A stretch of DNA of 64,000 nucleotides, taken from NCBI GenBank assembly GCA_034429935.1, contig DAOUFJ010000008.1, forward strand, positions 13,218 through 77,217. The letters are read 5' to 3'. The notes under the pieces were generated by a model. That model saw nothing but the letters and a program-made list of their open reading frames with translations, had not been told where the DNA came from and searched no databases. Position 1 is the stretch's first letter, and every line of letters begins with the position of its first letter. Source of the stretch: Dehalococcoidales bacterium. GTDB lineage: Bacteria > Chloroflexota > Dehalococcoidia > Dehalococcoidales > UBA5627. The position numbers and the translations under genes are program-made. This document shows positions 8,150 to 18,384 of this stretch, piece after piece.

Positions 8150-9089
8150 TGACGTCCTCCGGTTTGCGGGTTATTTCATCTATGGCATCCAGGAAGAAGT
8201 CTTCGAGCGAATTTTCCGACATCTTGATCTCGGATACGGCGATACCGGCAGTTACCAGTATGCGGTTGACTTCGGCGGCTTTTTCTTCGGGTATTTCTAT
8301 ATAAATATAACTGTCGTCGGTCTCGATGGTTTTTACCCAATCCAGATTCATAAGCAGGTTAGATGCGGTATCGGGGTCAGGCACGCACAGCTGCAGCATC
8401 TTCCCCCTGTGCAAAAGTTCATTGACAGAACCCTGTGCCAGGAACTTGCCCCTGTTTATAATGGCGACGTGGTCGCAGGTCTGCTCGATCTCATGCAAAA
8501 GATGGCTGGATATAAATACCGTCTTGCCCTGTTTACCGAGTGACCTTGTAAGCTCGCGAAACTCGATTATTCCCGAAGGGTCGAGCCCGTTGGCAGGCTC
8601 ATCCATGATTATCAGTTCGGGGTCGTTTAATAAAGCGGTCGCCACGGATAACCGCTGTCTCATTCCCAGTGAATATGTTCTGACTTTCGATGCCGCTCTT
8701 TTTTTCAAGCCGACCGTTTCCAGTACCTCATCGATGCGGCATTTTTCTATGCCGCCTATTGTCCTGGCGAATATTACGAGGTTGTCGTAACCCGAAAGGT
8801 GCGGATAGAATGCCGAACTTTCGAGAACGGCGCTGGTGCGTTTTAACAGTTTCGGAAGGTTGTGCTCTATGTCTTCGCCGAATAGCTCTATTGTTCCCGA
8901 TGTCGGCGCAATCAAGCCCAAAAGCATACCTATGGTAGTGGTTTTTCCCGATGCATTGGGGCCGAGGAATCCGAATACCTCCCCCCGGTGCACCTCGATA
9001 TCAAGGTTGTCCACTGCAACGATACCCGATGATGCCGAACCGAATCTCTTGGTTAACCCGCGCGTTTTGATAACTTCTGTTTCTGCCAT
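8142..9089 (-). CDS. ABC transporter ATP-binding protein (with a C-terminal accessory domain)
   Basis: MAETEVIKTRGLTKRFG..., Walker A GPNASGKTT, signature YSLGMRQRL and Walker B LIIMDEPANGLD. An AAAGGGG RBS precedes the ATG at 9089. Confidence 0.92.
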   Translation of the reverse strand: MAETEVIKTRGLTKRFGSASSGIVAVDNLDIEVHRGEVFGFLGPNASGKTTTIGMLLGLIAPTSGTIELFGEDIEHNLPKLLKRTSAVLESSAFYPHLSGYDNLVIFARTIGGIEKCRIDEVLETVGLKKRAASKVRTYSLGMRQRLSVATALLNDPELIIMDEPANGLDPSGIIEFRELTRSLGKQGKTVFISSHLLHEIEQTCDHVAIINRGKFLAQGSVNELLHRGKMLQLCVPDPDTASNLLMNLDWVKTIETDDSYIYIEIPEEKAAEVNRILVTAGIAVSEIKMSENSLEDFFLDAIDEITRKPEDVNA

Positions 9090-9368
9090 ACAAACCCCTT
9101 TATGTTTATTTGGTAAACTCAATTAACCGGTGGCAATAAGATACCATCCCGGCGTATCTAAGAGAGATTATTTTTTTGTAATTTTACCTTTTACATAACG
9201 TTTGTCTTCAATATCTACAGGGGATTTTTCTTTCTTAACTATGAACCCCCCCTTTTCTTTCAGGTATCTGTTCCATCAATATACAGACCAGATGAAGGCG
9301 TACGGAAACTCGATAATCAATATAATCCGAAACAGCAATGAATATATATTCAAAATATTTCTGCCTCC

Positions 9369-9809
9369 TTATCTCTTGCCATTCTCGTTCCGGCAGAGTG
9401 CCTGCTGCCTGTAGCGTTGATTTCCCCAGAATATAAACGCCGCTCCGCAAATCAATCCAATACTTAACATAATATAATCAGGCGGCAAGTAATAAGGGTG
9501 CAGCCCTGCAATATAATAGACATAAAACTTTATGAGGGTATTGAATGCGAACAGCAGCGAAACGATTCCAAGAGTTATCAAGCTGTAGCCTGTCTTCTTC
9601 TGCTGAAACGACCAGATTATCCCCCCGATAAGCGTATAGTAACCAAGAAATTGAGATGAAAGAACGAATTCCAGTATTCCACCCATATCGAGCAGATTGA
9701 GGGGAATGGCGGATAATATCAGGTGCAGTCCCCACAGGATTATAACGCTTGTCCAGAACCTGTGCGTTTTTATCCAGTTTAAAATATCATTGTATTTTTG
9801 AGTATTCAT
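9369..9809 (-). CDS. Hypothetical integral membrane protein
   Basis: MNTQKYNDILNWIKTHRFWTSVIILWGLHLIL... has 4-5 hydrophobic segments. An AAGGAAAG sequence lies upstream of the ATG at 9809. Confidence 0.55.
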   Translation of the reverse strand: MNTQKYNDILNWIKTHRFWTSVIILWGLHLILSAIPLNLLDMGGILEFVLSSQFLGYYTLIGGIIWSFQQKKTGYSLITLGIVSLLFAFNTLIKFYVYYIAGLHPYYLPPDYIMLSIGLICGAAFIFWGNQRYRQQALCRNENGKR

Positions 9810-10186
9810 CAATGCACTTTCCTTTGCTTGTTTAATGCCTCTATTATGAAAACGCAATTTTAAGGATATAGTTGCATCTGTCTTATGTTCTGCCGGGATT
9901 ATATCACTAAATTATTAACAAAAAGTTGCAAAGGCCATGATTTTTATAAAAACCTAAAAAATATTTGAGGGGAAATACGTTTGATATGCCGGTTGTTATT
10001 TGTTTTTTATACGTAAATAAATAACCGATGAAAAAAAGTTATTATTGAAATATTGTTATGTGTTATGTAAAGGACGTTTTGCGGGGGAAGCGGGAAAAAT
10101 ATGACGGAAAAGATATGACAAGGATGTTGGAGTGTCTAACCGATGTCAAAGGGTGTGTCTATGGTTGAATTTGAATTGGTAGATGC

Positions 10187-10262
<76 letters not shown>

Positions 10263-10275
10263 CCTCTTTTTTTAA

Positions 10276-10350
10276 TGGAGCGGAAGACGAGATTCGAACT
10301 CGCGACCTCCTCCTTGGCAAGGAGGCATTCTACCGCTGAACTACTTCCGC
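10276..10350 (-). tRNA. tRNA-Gly (GCC), CCA encoded
   Basis: The reverse strand reads GCGGAAGTAGTTCAGCGGTAGAATGCCTCCTTGCCAAGGAGGAGGTCGCGAGTTCGAATCTCGTCTTCCGCTCCA. The anticodon loop is TTGCCAA. Confidence 0.93.
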
Positions 10351-10360
10351 ACACTCCATC

Positions 10361-10446
10361 TGGTGCCGAGAGAGAGATTTGAACTCTCACAAGCTTGCGC
10401 TCACTAGCCCCTCAAGCTAGCGTGTCTGCCATTCCACCATCTCGGC
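10361..10446 (-). tRNA. tRNA-Leu (GAG), CCA encoded
   Basis: The reverse strand reads GCCGAGATGGTGGAATGGCAGACACGCTAGCTTGAGGGGCTAGTGAGCGCAAGCTTGTGAGAGTTCAAATCTCTCTCTCGGCACCA. It has a long variable arm, and the anticodon loop is TTGAGGG. Confidence 0.92.
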
Positions 10447-10447
10447 A

Positions 10448-10524
10448 TGGCAGGAGTGAGAGGATTCGAACCCCTGACCGACGGTTTTGGAGACCGCTGC
10501 TCTACCGGGCTGAGCTACACTCCT
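10448..10524 (-). tRNA. tRNA-Trp (CCA), CCA encoded
   Basis: The reverse strand reads AGGAGTGTAGCTCAGCCCGGTAGAGCAGCGGTCTCCAAAACCGTCGGTCAGGGGTTCGAATCCTCTCACTCCTGCCA. The anticodon loop is CTCCAAA. A TTGACA-N18-TATCAT promoter candidate lies just upstream at about 10540-10575. Confidence 0.92.
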
Positions 10525-10708
10525 AGGACTCCATCTAGCAGCATTTATGATACTACGAGAACACCGTAATTGTCAAAAACGAAGGATGCATTTTAAAGTG
10601 TTTTGTGTACTGCTATTGTGTATTTAATTCGTTCCTGTTAAAGAGCTAACAGGGGTTATTATATCATCCGTGGGCAGCGGTGGCGATGTCTATTCAGGCA
10701 AGACGTTA

Positions 10709-11326
10709 TTAAGGGCGGGCGGCAATGCCGTCCAGAAAAATGTCTACGGTTTGTCTAAGGTACTGCTCAGTTTTAAGGTTGCTCTTCGGCAGAAAATCCT
10801 GACTTATAAAATGCATGATTACGGTGTACATCATGGTGCGTGCGGCGACCTCGGTATTATGAGGTCTGAGGTTGCCTGAGGCGATATTGGCATCAAGATA
10901 TTCACTTATCAGTTTTATCCCCTCCGAAGGTATTATGGACCATGACTTGTTAAGGGAAGAATTGATACGCATCTCGTTGAATACTATGCTTACCAGTTCT
11001 TTTTTGCTGACCATCAATTCATAGAAACCGCAGGCAACGGTATACAGAACATCGCGAACCGGCTTGGTATCTTTAATATTTAAGATATTTCTCAGGGGTT
11101 CCAGGAAACTATGCCGTTCGAATACGGCGATCAGCAGTTCTTCCTTGCTGGCGAAATAGTGGTACATCAATCCCAGTGAAGTTCCGGCAGCTTCGGATAT
11201 ATCCTTGATGGTTGTATTGCTGAAACCTTTTTCGGCGAATAACTTGAGCGCCGTGTCGATGATCTGGTTGCGTCTTACCGCAGCCTGCTCCGCTTTTGTA
11301 AATTTCTTTTCTTTTTCTATTTTCAT
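10709..11326 (-). CDS. TetR/AcrR family transcriptional regulator
   Basis: The N-terminal HTH is RRNQIIDTALKLFAEKGFSNTTIKDISEAAGTSLGLMYHYFASKEEL. Confidence 0.9.
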   Translation of the reverse strand: MKIEKEKKFTKAEQAAVRRNQIIDTALKLFAEKGFSNTTIKDISEAAGTSLGLMYHYFASKEELLIAVFERHSFLEPLRNILNIKDTKPVRDVLYTVACGFYELMVSKKELVSIVFNEMRINSSLNKSWSIIPSEGIKLISEYLDANIASGNLRPHNTEVAARTMMYTVIMHFISQDFLPKSNLKTEQYLRQTVDIFLDGIAARP

Positions 11327-11345
11327 TAAATGCTCACTCAGTTTT

Positions 11346-11429
11346 ATATCAGGCTATTATATCACTGATATTATCTGTATGATATATTTCTTCTATTTTT
11401 TGTGATATCAGGGGCTGTAATTCTGATAT
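11346..11429. promoter_or_regulatory. Two copies of the inverted repeat ATATCAG-N11/12-CTGATAT (candidate TetR operators)
   Basis: The first copy has arms at 11346-11352 and 11365-11371. The second has arms at 11405-11411 and 11423-11429. Both lie directly upstream of the tetR start. Confidence 0.5.
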
Positions 11430-11490
11430 TTGATTCTCGTAATTATCATATGTACAGCCCCTTTTGTTCCCTGTTTTTAACAACCTTGGA

Positions 11491-12666
11491 TTATATTATC
11501 ACTGTTTCCGTTAACTCTTTCTTCCTGAAAACGGACAGGGTTGACAGGAACATCATAATTACTGCAATCAGCAGTAACATCAGAATTTCTTCCGATACCG
11601 AAGCTCCTCCGTAAAACATCTTCAGCATTCCGTTACCGAAGTAAGTAGCCGGTAAATAATCGCCGGCAGCAGAATAGAAAGAAGGCAGGATTTCCTTTGA
11701 ATAGATTAACCCGGAACTTACCAGTTGCAGCGGTAACAGCAATACGACCACTGCGACTCCGGGGAGCCCGAACCAGTTGGTGAAAGCCTGGATGGTGTAG
11801 AGAAACGTGAAAAAACCTGCCGATAATAGAATCCAGGCTGCTGCCAGGCTGAAACTGAACGATATGTCAAAGCAGGCCAGCAAACCGATAAACACCCCGG
11901 GTATCACCAGTGAAATTACTATATTGGTAACCAGTTGAGAGAGGAGCACCTTGGCTGTAGAAAACTCGCTTTTGAGCGGTTTATAGACAAGAGCATGCAA
12001 AACGGTAAGCAGTATGCAACTGATGAAATAGATCAGGAATATTAAAAACGGGAAGACTGTCGGAGCAAGCCCATCGGCGTTGTTTACTTTATGGATATCA
12101 CCGGTGATTGAAATGTATTTTAGCGAATCGAATGCCTGGTCGAGATAAGAGGAAATTTGCGCTAAAGCTTCCTCCGGTAAGCCGGTCTGTCCGAGAACAG
12201 TTGCGGAGCTCTGTTTCAAGTTCTCTATAATGGCGGTAAAAGAAGCTTCGTTGAGGGTTTGATTGATGCTCAGGGCTGCCGCTTCCATTACCTGTTTGGT
12301 CATGCTGGGAGCAGCCTGGTTGATATAATATGATATTTGCCCCTCGCCTTGCTGACATTTAAGCGTAAAGTCGGAAGGTATATAAATCACCATATTGCAA
12401 TCGCCGTTTTCCATTTCATCCAGTGCATCATCCAGCCCGGACAATTTTTCGGTTTTAAATGGTAAAACCGACAGCAATTTGGATGAGACCTCGACGCCCA
12501 GAACCGTATCCTCGTTTACAACAGCGATGTTCATGTCTGTCACCCTGTCATTCCCGTCTTTAATTGCGGGGATTACGATGCTTAAAAAAATAATCTGGAA
12601 AAATATCGGAACGAGGAGGCCGAGCATAAAAAGTTTGTTTTTTATCAGCTTTTTAAAAATTCCCAT
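11491..12666 (-). CDS. YhgE/Pip-domain (ABC-2-like) membrane protein
   Basis: MGIFKKLIKNKLFMLGLLVPIFF... has an N-terminal TM helix, a large extracytoplasmic domain and a C-terminal cluster of 5 TM helices. An AAAGGAG RBS precedes the ATG at 12666. Confidence 0.75.
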   Translation of the reverse strand: MGIFKKLIKNKLFMLGLLVPIFFQIIFLSIVIPAIKDGNDRVTDMNIAVVNEDTVLGVEVSSKLLSVLPFKTEKLSGLDDALDEMENGDCNMVIYIPSDFTLKCQQGEGQISYYINQAAPSMTKQVMEAAALSINQTLNEASFTAIIENLKQSSATVLGQTGLPEEALAQISSYLDQAFDSLKYISITGDIHKVNNADGLAPTVFPFLIFLIYFISCILLTVLHALVYKPLKSEFSTAKVLLSQLVTNIVISLVIPGVFIGLLACFDISFSFSLAAAWILLSAGFFTFLYTIQAFTNWFGLPGVAVVVLLLPLQLVSSGLIYSKEILPSFYSAAGDYLPATYFGNGMLKMFYGGASVSEEILMLLLIAVIMMFLSTLSVFRKKELTETVII

Positions 12667-13002
12667 TTTTACACGCTCCTTTAAACAAGAAGTATTAGTA
12701 GATGTTATCAATAATGTTCATTGAACATTCACTCAATATAACTATGCTTTTATTATAGCACTGATAAAACCCCTGTCAATAGATTTTTTAGATAAATTTT
12801 AGTATCGACCATTTGGCAAGGGGTTGTCAGGGGGATTTGTCAAGGCTTTGTTCATCGGTTGTTAAAGCTGTGGATTCGATGCAGGCACTCTTTTCAAATC
12901 TGGATTGGGTGTGAAGGTTGTCCCTTGACCTCCTGACATATCCATTGACACTCTTTATGTAATCAATGATAAAATATCCACAAATGAAAAGGGGGTGACC
13001 TG

Positions 13003-14268
13003 TTGCATCAGAAAACGGTACTGGATAACGGTTTGAGGGTGATTACGGAAAACATGCCGTATACGCATTCGGTGTCTATATGTATCTTTGTCGGCGTCGG
13101 TTCACGGTATGAAAAGGATAACATTGCCGGAGTATCGCATTTTATCGAGCATTTGCTGTTCAGGGGAACGGAAAAACGCCCCGAGTCCAGGATTATCTCG
13201 GAGTCGATTGAGGGGGTTGGAGGTGTGCTTAACGGGGGGACTGACAAGGAGGTTACCGTATACTGGTGTAAGGTGCCGAGCAGCCACTTTCCGGTAGCCA
13301 TGGATGTGTTGACCGATATGTTGTTACATTCGCGTTTCGACCCGGCGGATATGGAAAAGGAGAGGCAGGTCATCATTGAAGAAATCAAAATGACGCGTGA
13401 CGCCCCCGACCAGAGGGTAAATAGCCTTATCGACGAGTATTTGTGGTACGGAAGCCCGCTTGCCAGGGATGTTGCCGGAAGTAAAAGGACGGTATCGTCC
13501 ATTACCCGCGAGAACCTGCTTTCGTATATGCAGTTGAGCTATCTGCCGTCCAATACGGTAGTTGCCGTAGCCGGAAACATCGGGCATGACGAGGTGGTGC
13601 AATCGGTCAGCGGTAGCCTGGGCAACTGGGAGAACCGTCAGCACTTTCATAAGTATAAATCCTATAAGCTAAAGGAATGCATGCCTGTAAAAATAGAAAA
13701 GAGAAAAATAGAGCAGGCGCATCTTTGCCTGGCATTGCCCGGGTTATCGAGGTTTCATCCGAAGCGCTATCATCTCGACGTGTTGAACATAATACTCGGA
13801 GAGGGAATGAGCAGCCGTCTTTTTGCCGAGGTTCGGGATAAGCTGGGGCTTGCGTATACGATTGCCAGTTATGCCGAGCACCTGTCCGATACCGGTTCTT
13901 TAATCGTCTATGCCGGGGTAGAGCCCAAGAAGTTGTCTATGGCCGTTGAAGTTATATTGGAACAGATGTTTGTTTTTAAGGACAAAAAGGTTTCGGAGGC
14001 GGAGTTGATGAAGGCAAGGGAAATGACCAAGGGGAGAATCCTTTTAAGGATGGAGGATAACCGCCATGTAGCCAGCTGGCTGGGTTCTCAGGAAATCCTC
14101 AATAACCTCATATTAGACGTTAATGATGTGGTTGCGATTATAGATGCGGTTACCGCTGAAGATATTCGTGAAATTGCCTGTGAACTGATGGAGTCGAACT
14201 TGTTGAAGCTGGCGGTGGTCGGCCCCGTTGACAGGGATGAACCACTGGAATCCTTGCTCCGTTTATAG
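13003..14268 (+). CDS. M16 family (pitrilysin/insulinase-type) zinc metallopeptidase
   Basis: The inverted zinc motif HFIEHLLFRGT (HxxEH) is present, along with a downstream catalytic Glu region. The start is a TTG preceded by AAAGGGGGTGA. Confidence 0.9.
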   Translation: MHQKTVLDNGLRVITENMPYTHSVSICIFVGVGSRYEKDNIAGVSHFIEHLLFRGTEKRPESRIISESIEGVGGVLNGGTDKEVTVYWCKVPSSHFPVAMDVLTDMLLHSRFDPADMEKERQVIIEEIKMTRDAPDQRVNSLIDEYLWYGSPLARDVAGSKRTVSSITRENLLSYMQLSYLPSNTVVAVAGNIGHDEVVQSVSGSLGNWENRQHFHKYKSYKLKECMPVKIEKRKIEQAHLCLALPGLSRFHPKRYHLDVLNIILGEGMSSRLFAEVRDKLGLAYTIASYAEHLSDTGSLIVYAGVEPKKLSMAVEVILEQMFVFKDKKVSEAELMKAREMTKGRILLRMEDNRHVASWLGSQEILNNLILDVNDVVAIIDAVTAEDIREIACELMESNLLKLAVVGPVDRDEPLESLLRL

Positions 14269-14321
14269 AAAGGTCAGCCCTTGACAGTGCTGTCAAGAGG
14301 TCTTTTATGATATAACGTGAT

Positions 14322-14348
14322 GGCGGACGGGCCGTGCCCGTCCCTACG
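14322..14348 (+). repeat. REP-type palindromic element (GGGC-stem variant)
   Basis: GGCGGACGGGCCGTGCCCGTCCCTACG forms an 8-bp stem GGACGGGC/GCCCGTCC with loop CGT. It lies 65 nt upstream of the RayT start. Confidence 0.8.
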
Positions 14349-14412
14349 AGTATTACTATCATGTATAAAATAGCAAAAATATCTGTTTGGTTTATTGTCG
14401 TGAGGAAATAAA

Positions 14413-14889
14413 TTGGAGTTGCCGATACGTAAAAATATAAGATTAAGGGATTACGATTATTCACAAGGTGGCGTATATTTCATCACTATATGCACTAAAA
14501 ACAAAACTTCTATCTTGTGGGATATAAACGTAGGGACGACCATTGGTCGTCCGCCCCTGTCACGAAACGGACAGATTATAGATAACGCCATAAACAGTAT
14601 TAGTGCGATTTATCCATCGGTTGGAATTGATAAATACGTAATTATGCCTAATCATTTACATATGCTCATCAGTCTTTCCGACAATGGCGAGTTGGCATTA
14701 CAAGCTCCGAAAATCGGCAGGATTATTCAACATTTGAAGGGATTTGTCAGCAAGCGAATCGGCTATTCGGTTTGGCAATCGAGATATTATGACCATATAA
14801 TTCGCGATGAAAAGGATTACCTGTCTCGCTGGAAATATATTGATGAAAATCCGTTGAAGTGGGAAGATGACGAATTATTCGAAAAATAA
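14413..14889 (+). CDS. REP-associated tyrosine transposase (RayT; IS200/IS605-like HUH Y1 family)
   Basis: YDYSQGGVYFITICTKN... is followed by the HUH motif in VIMPNHLHMLIS and a Tyr region, WQSRYYDHIIRD. REP hairpins lie adjacent. The start is a TTG. Confidence 0.85.
   Translation: MELPIRKNIRLRDYDYSQGGVYFITICTKNKTSILWDINVGTTIGRPPLSRNGQIIDNAINSISAIYPSVGIDKYVIMPNHLHMLISLSDNGELALQAPKIGRIIQHLKGFVSKRIGYSVWQSRYYDHIIRDEKDYLSRWKYIDENPLKWEDDELFEK
14529..14555 (-). repeat. REP-type palindromic element (GACC-stem variant) inside the RayT coding sequence
   Basis: CGTAGGGACGACCATTGGTCGTCCGCC has stem GGACGACC/GGTCGTCC. It encodes residues 40-48, VGTTIGRPP. It is in inverted orientation relative to the element at 14322-14348. 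Confidence 0.8.
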
Positions 14890-14947
14890 ACCTAATTGTA
14901 TAGTGTTAATTAAGATTATTATTATGCCTCTGTCATAACGGCGAAGC

Positions 14948-14984
14948 AAAAAAAACGGGCGCGGCACTTACGCCACGCCCGTTT
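14948..14984 (-). terminator. Intrinsic terminator downstream of groEL
   Basis: The reverse strand reads AAACGGGCGTGGCGTAAGTGCCGCGCCCGTTTTTTTTG, a GC-rich stem followed by a T-run. Confidence 0.7.
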
Positions 14985-15025
14985 AAAGTCCTTGTCTATA
15001 TCCTGTCCGGAGGTCTGTCCAGTGC

Positions 15026-16687
<1,662 letters not shown>

Positions 16688-16690
16688 TTA

Positions 16691-16984
16691 TTAACATTTC
16701 TTAGCCAGTATCTGGCTTTCGTTCAATATCATGTACTCTTTGCCGTCGATTTTGATTTCGGTGCCGCCGTATTTGGCATAGACAACGATATCGCCGACTT
16801 TGACATCCATGGCTATTCTCTTGCCGTCATCGGTCATTTTTCCGGGACCTGCAGCAATTACTTCCCCCTCCATCGGCCTTTCCTTTGCGGTATCGGGCAG
16901 GACGATTCCTCCTCTGGTTACCTCTTCTCTCTCGATAGGGCAGACGACCACCCGGTCGGCTAACGGTTGTAATTTAATTGCCAT
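16691..16984 (-). CDS. groS: Co-chaperonin GroES (Hsp10)
   Basis: The product is [48 protein letters not shown]... The gene lies immediately upstream of groEL. Confidence 0.97.
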   Translation of the reverse strand: MAIKLQPLADRVVVCPIEREEVTRGGIVLPDTAKERPMEGEVIAAGPGKMTDDGKRIAMDVKVGDIVVYAKYGGTEIKIDGKEYMILNESQILAKKC

Positions 16985-17038
16985 TCATATCCTCCTTTTT
17001 GGCTTTATTTTTATTAAACTAACAACGTTTTTCGTATT

Positions 17039-17065
17039 ATTAGCAATCTCAAGGGGAGACTGCTA
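17039..17065 (-). promoter_or_regulatory. CIRCE element (HrcA operator) upstream of groES
   Basis: TTAGCAATC-N9-GACTGCTAA compares with the consensus TTAGCACTC-N9-GAGTGCTAA. It lies 55-80 nt upstream of the groES start. A TTGCAG-N17-TATTAT promoter candidate lies at 17073-17101. Confidence 0.85.
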
Positions 17066-17244
17066 ACGTAAATATAATAAACCAAATTATTTTTTTCTGC
17101 AACTATTTGACTGAGATAGAGTTGTAGCGTACGGAATACTACGGGTGAAAAAACTTTTTTATTGAATATTTTTGCCTGTAAACTCTTTAAATCTCGTTAA
17201 ATCTGTCTTACATGTAAAAAAGAGCATCGAAATAACTGCTGCGG

Positions 17245-18228
17245 CTAAGCCAGTTTGAGCCCGGGCACTACATCTATATTCAGCGGGCTTGTTCTACCGG
17301 TCTGGAAATGAAAGTAACCGCAGGAAGCTACCATGGCGGCGTTGTCTGTGCAGAGAACCGGTTTGGGTATGAGCACCGGAATGTGGGATTTCTCCGTCAT
17401 CCGCCTGCGAAGCATGCGGTTGGCGGCAACCCCTCCGGAGAGCAGTATCTGCCTGACGTCGTTTTGCAGGGCCGCTTCGATGGTTTTACCCACCAGTACG
17501 TCCACTACGGCTTTTTGAAAACTGGCTGCCAGGTCGGCAATGTCGTCCTTGTTGATTTTTCCTTCCTCGTTCAGTTTTTGGAGATAGGTTTTTATGCCGC
17601 TGAAACTGAAATCATTGGTTCCCTTTATCCACGAATGGGGAAGGTCTATACAGGGGTTGCCATTTTCAGCTGCCCTGTCAATGGCCGGGCCTCCCGGGTA
17701 TCCCAGTCCCAGTATGCGTGCAGCCTTGTCAAAGGCTTCTCCTGCGGCATCGTCGCGGGTTCTGCCCAGCATCGTATAATCTCCATGCCCTCTCATAAGC
17801 ACCAGGTCGCTGTGTCCGCCGGAGACAATCAGGCATAAGAGCGGGAAAACGGGTTCGGTCTCACCCAGCCAGTTGGCATACAGGTGCCCTTCCAGATGAT
17901 TGATACCCATAAGAGGCAACCCCTTGACACTGGCAAGGGCTTTGGCAACGCTGGCTCCCACCAGCAGAGAGCCTGCCAGTCCGGGCCCGACGGTAACTGC
18001 AATGCCGTCTATGTCTTCCCAGCTTGCTTTTGCATCTTCCATGGCTTTTTGTATAACCGGGATTATGGAAAGAATATGCTGCCTGGATGCCACTTCGGGA
18101 ACTACCCCGCCGTAACGGGCGTGAATCTCGACCTGCGAGGCGATTTCGCTGGAAAGGATTCTGTTTCCGTCTTCGACTATGGCTGCAGCCGTTTCATCGC
18201 AGGAGGATTCAATTCCGAGTATTTTCAT
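17245..18228 (-). CDS. tsaD: tRNA N6-adenosine threonylcarbamoyltransferase TsaD
   Basis: [21 protein letters not shown]... together with [11 protein letters not shown] and GGVAAN motifs. Confidence 0.95.
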   Translation of the reverse strand: MKILGIESSCDETAAAIVEDGNRILSSEIASQVEIHARYGGVVPEVASRQHILSIIPVIQKAMEDAKASWEDIDGIAVTVGPGLAGSLLVGASVAKALASVKGLPLMGINHLEGHLYANWLGETEPVFPLLCLIVSGGHSDLVLMRGHGDYTMLGRTRDDAAGEAFDKAARILGLGYPGGPAIDRAAENGNPCIDLPHSWIKGTNDFSFSGIKTYLQKLNEEGKINKDDIADLAASFQKAVVDVLVGKTIEAALQNDVRQILLSGGVAANRMLRRRMTEKSHIPVLIPKPVLCTDNAAMVASCGYFHFQTGRTSPLNIDVVPGLKLA

Positions 18229-18384
18229 AACAGCCAATTATAGCACACCGGCCTGATATTTTAGAGTTTGTATTTTGACACCCGTATTACCCGATGTTAT
18301 TATTGTTGTGGAATACGTTGAAAAAAGTAACATTAAAAACTGAATATGTTGATTACATATGAATTTCAAATGAGGTGAGGGGAA

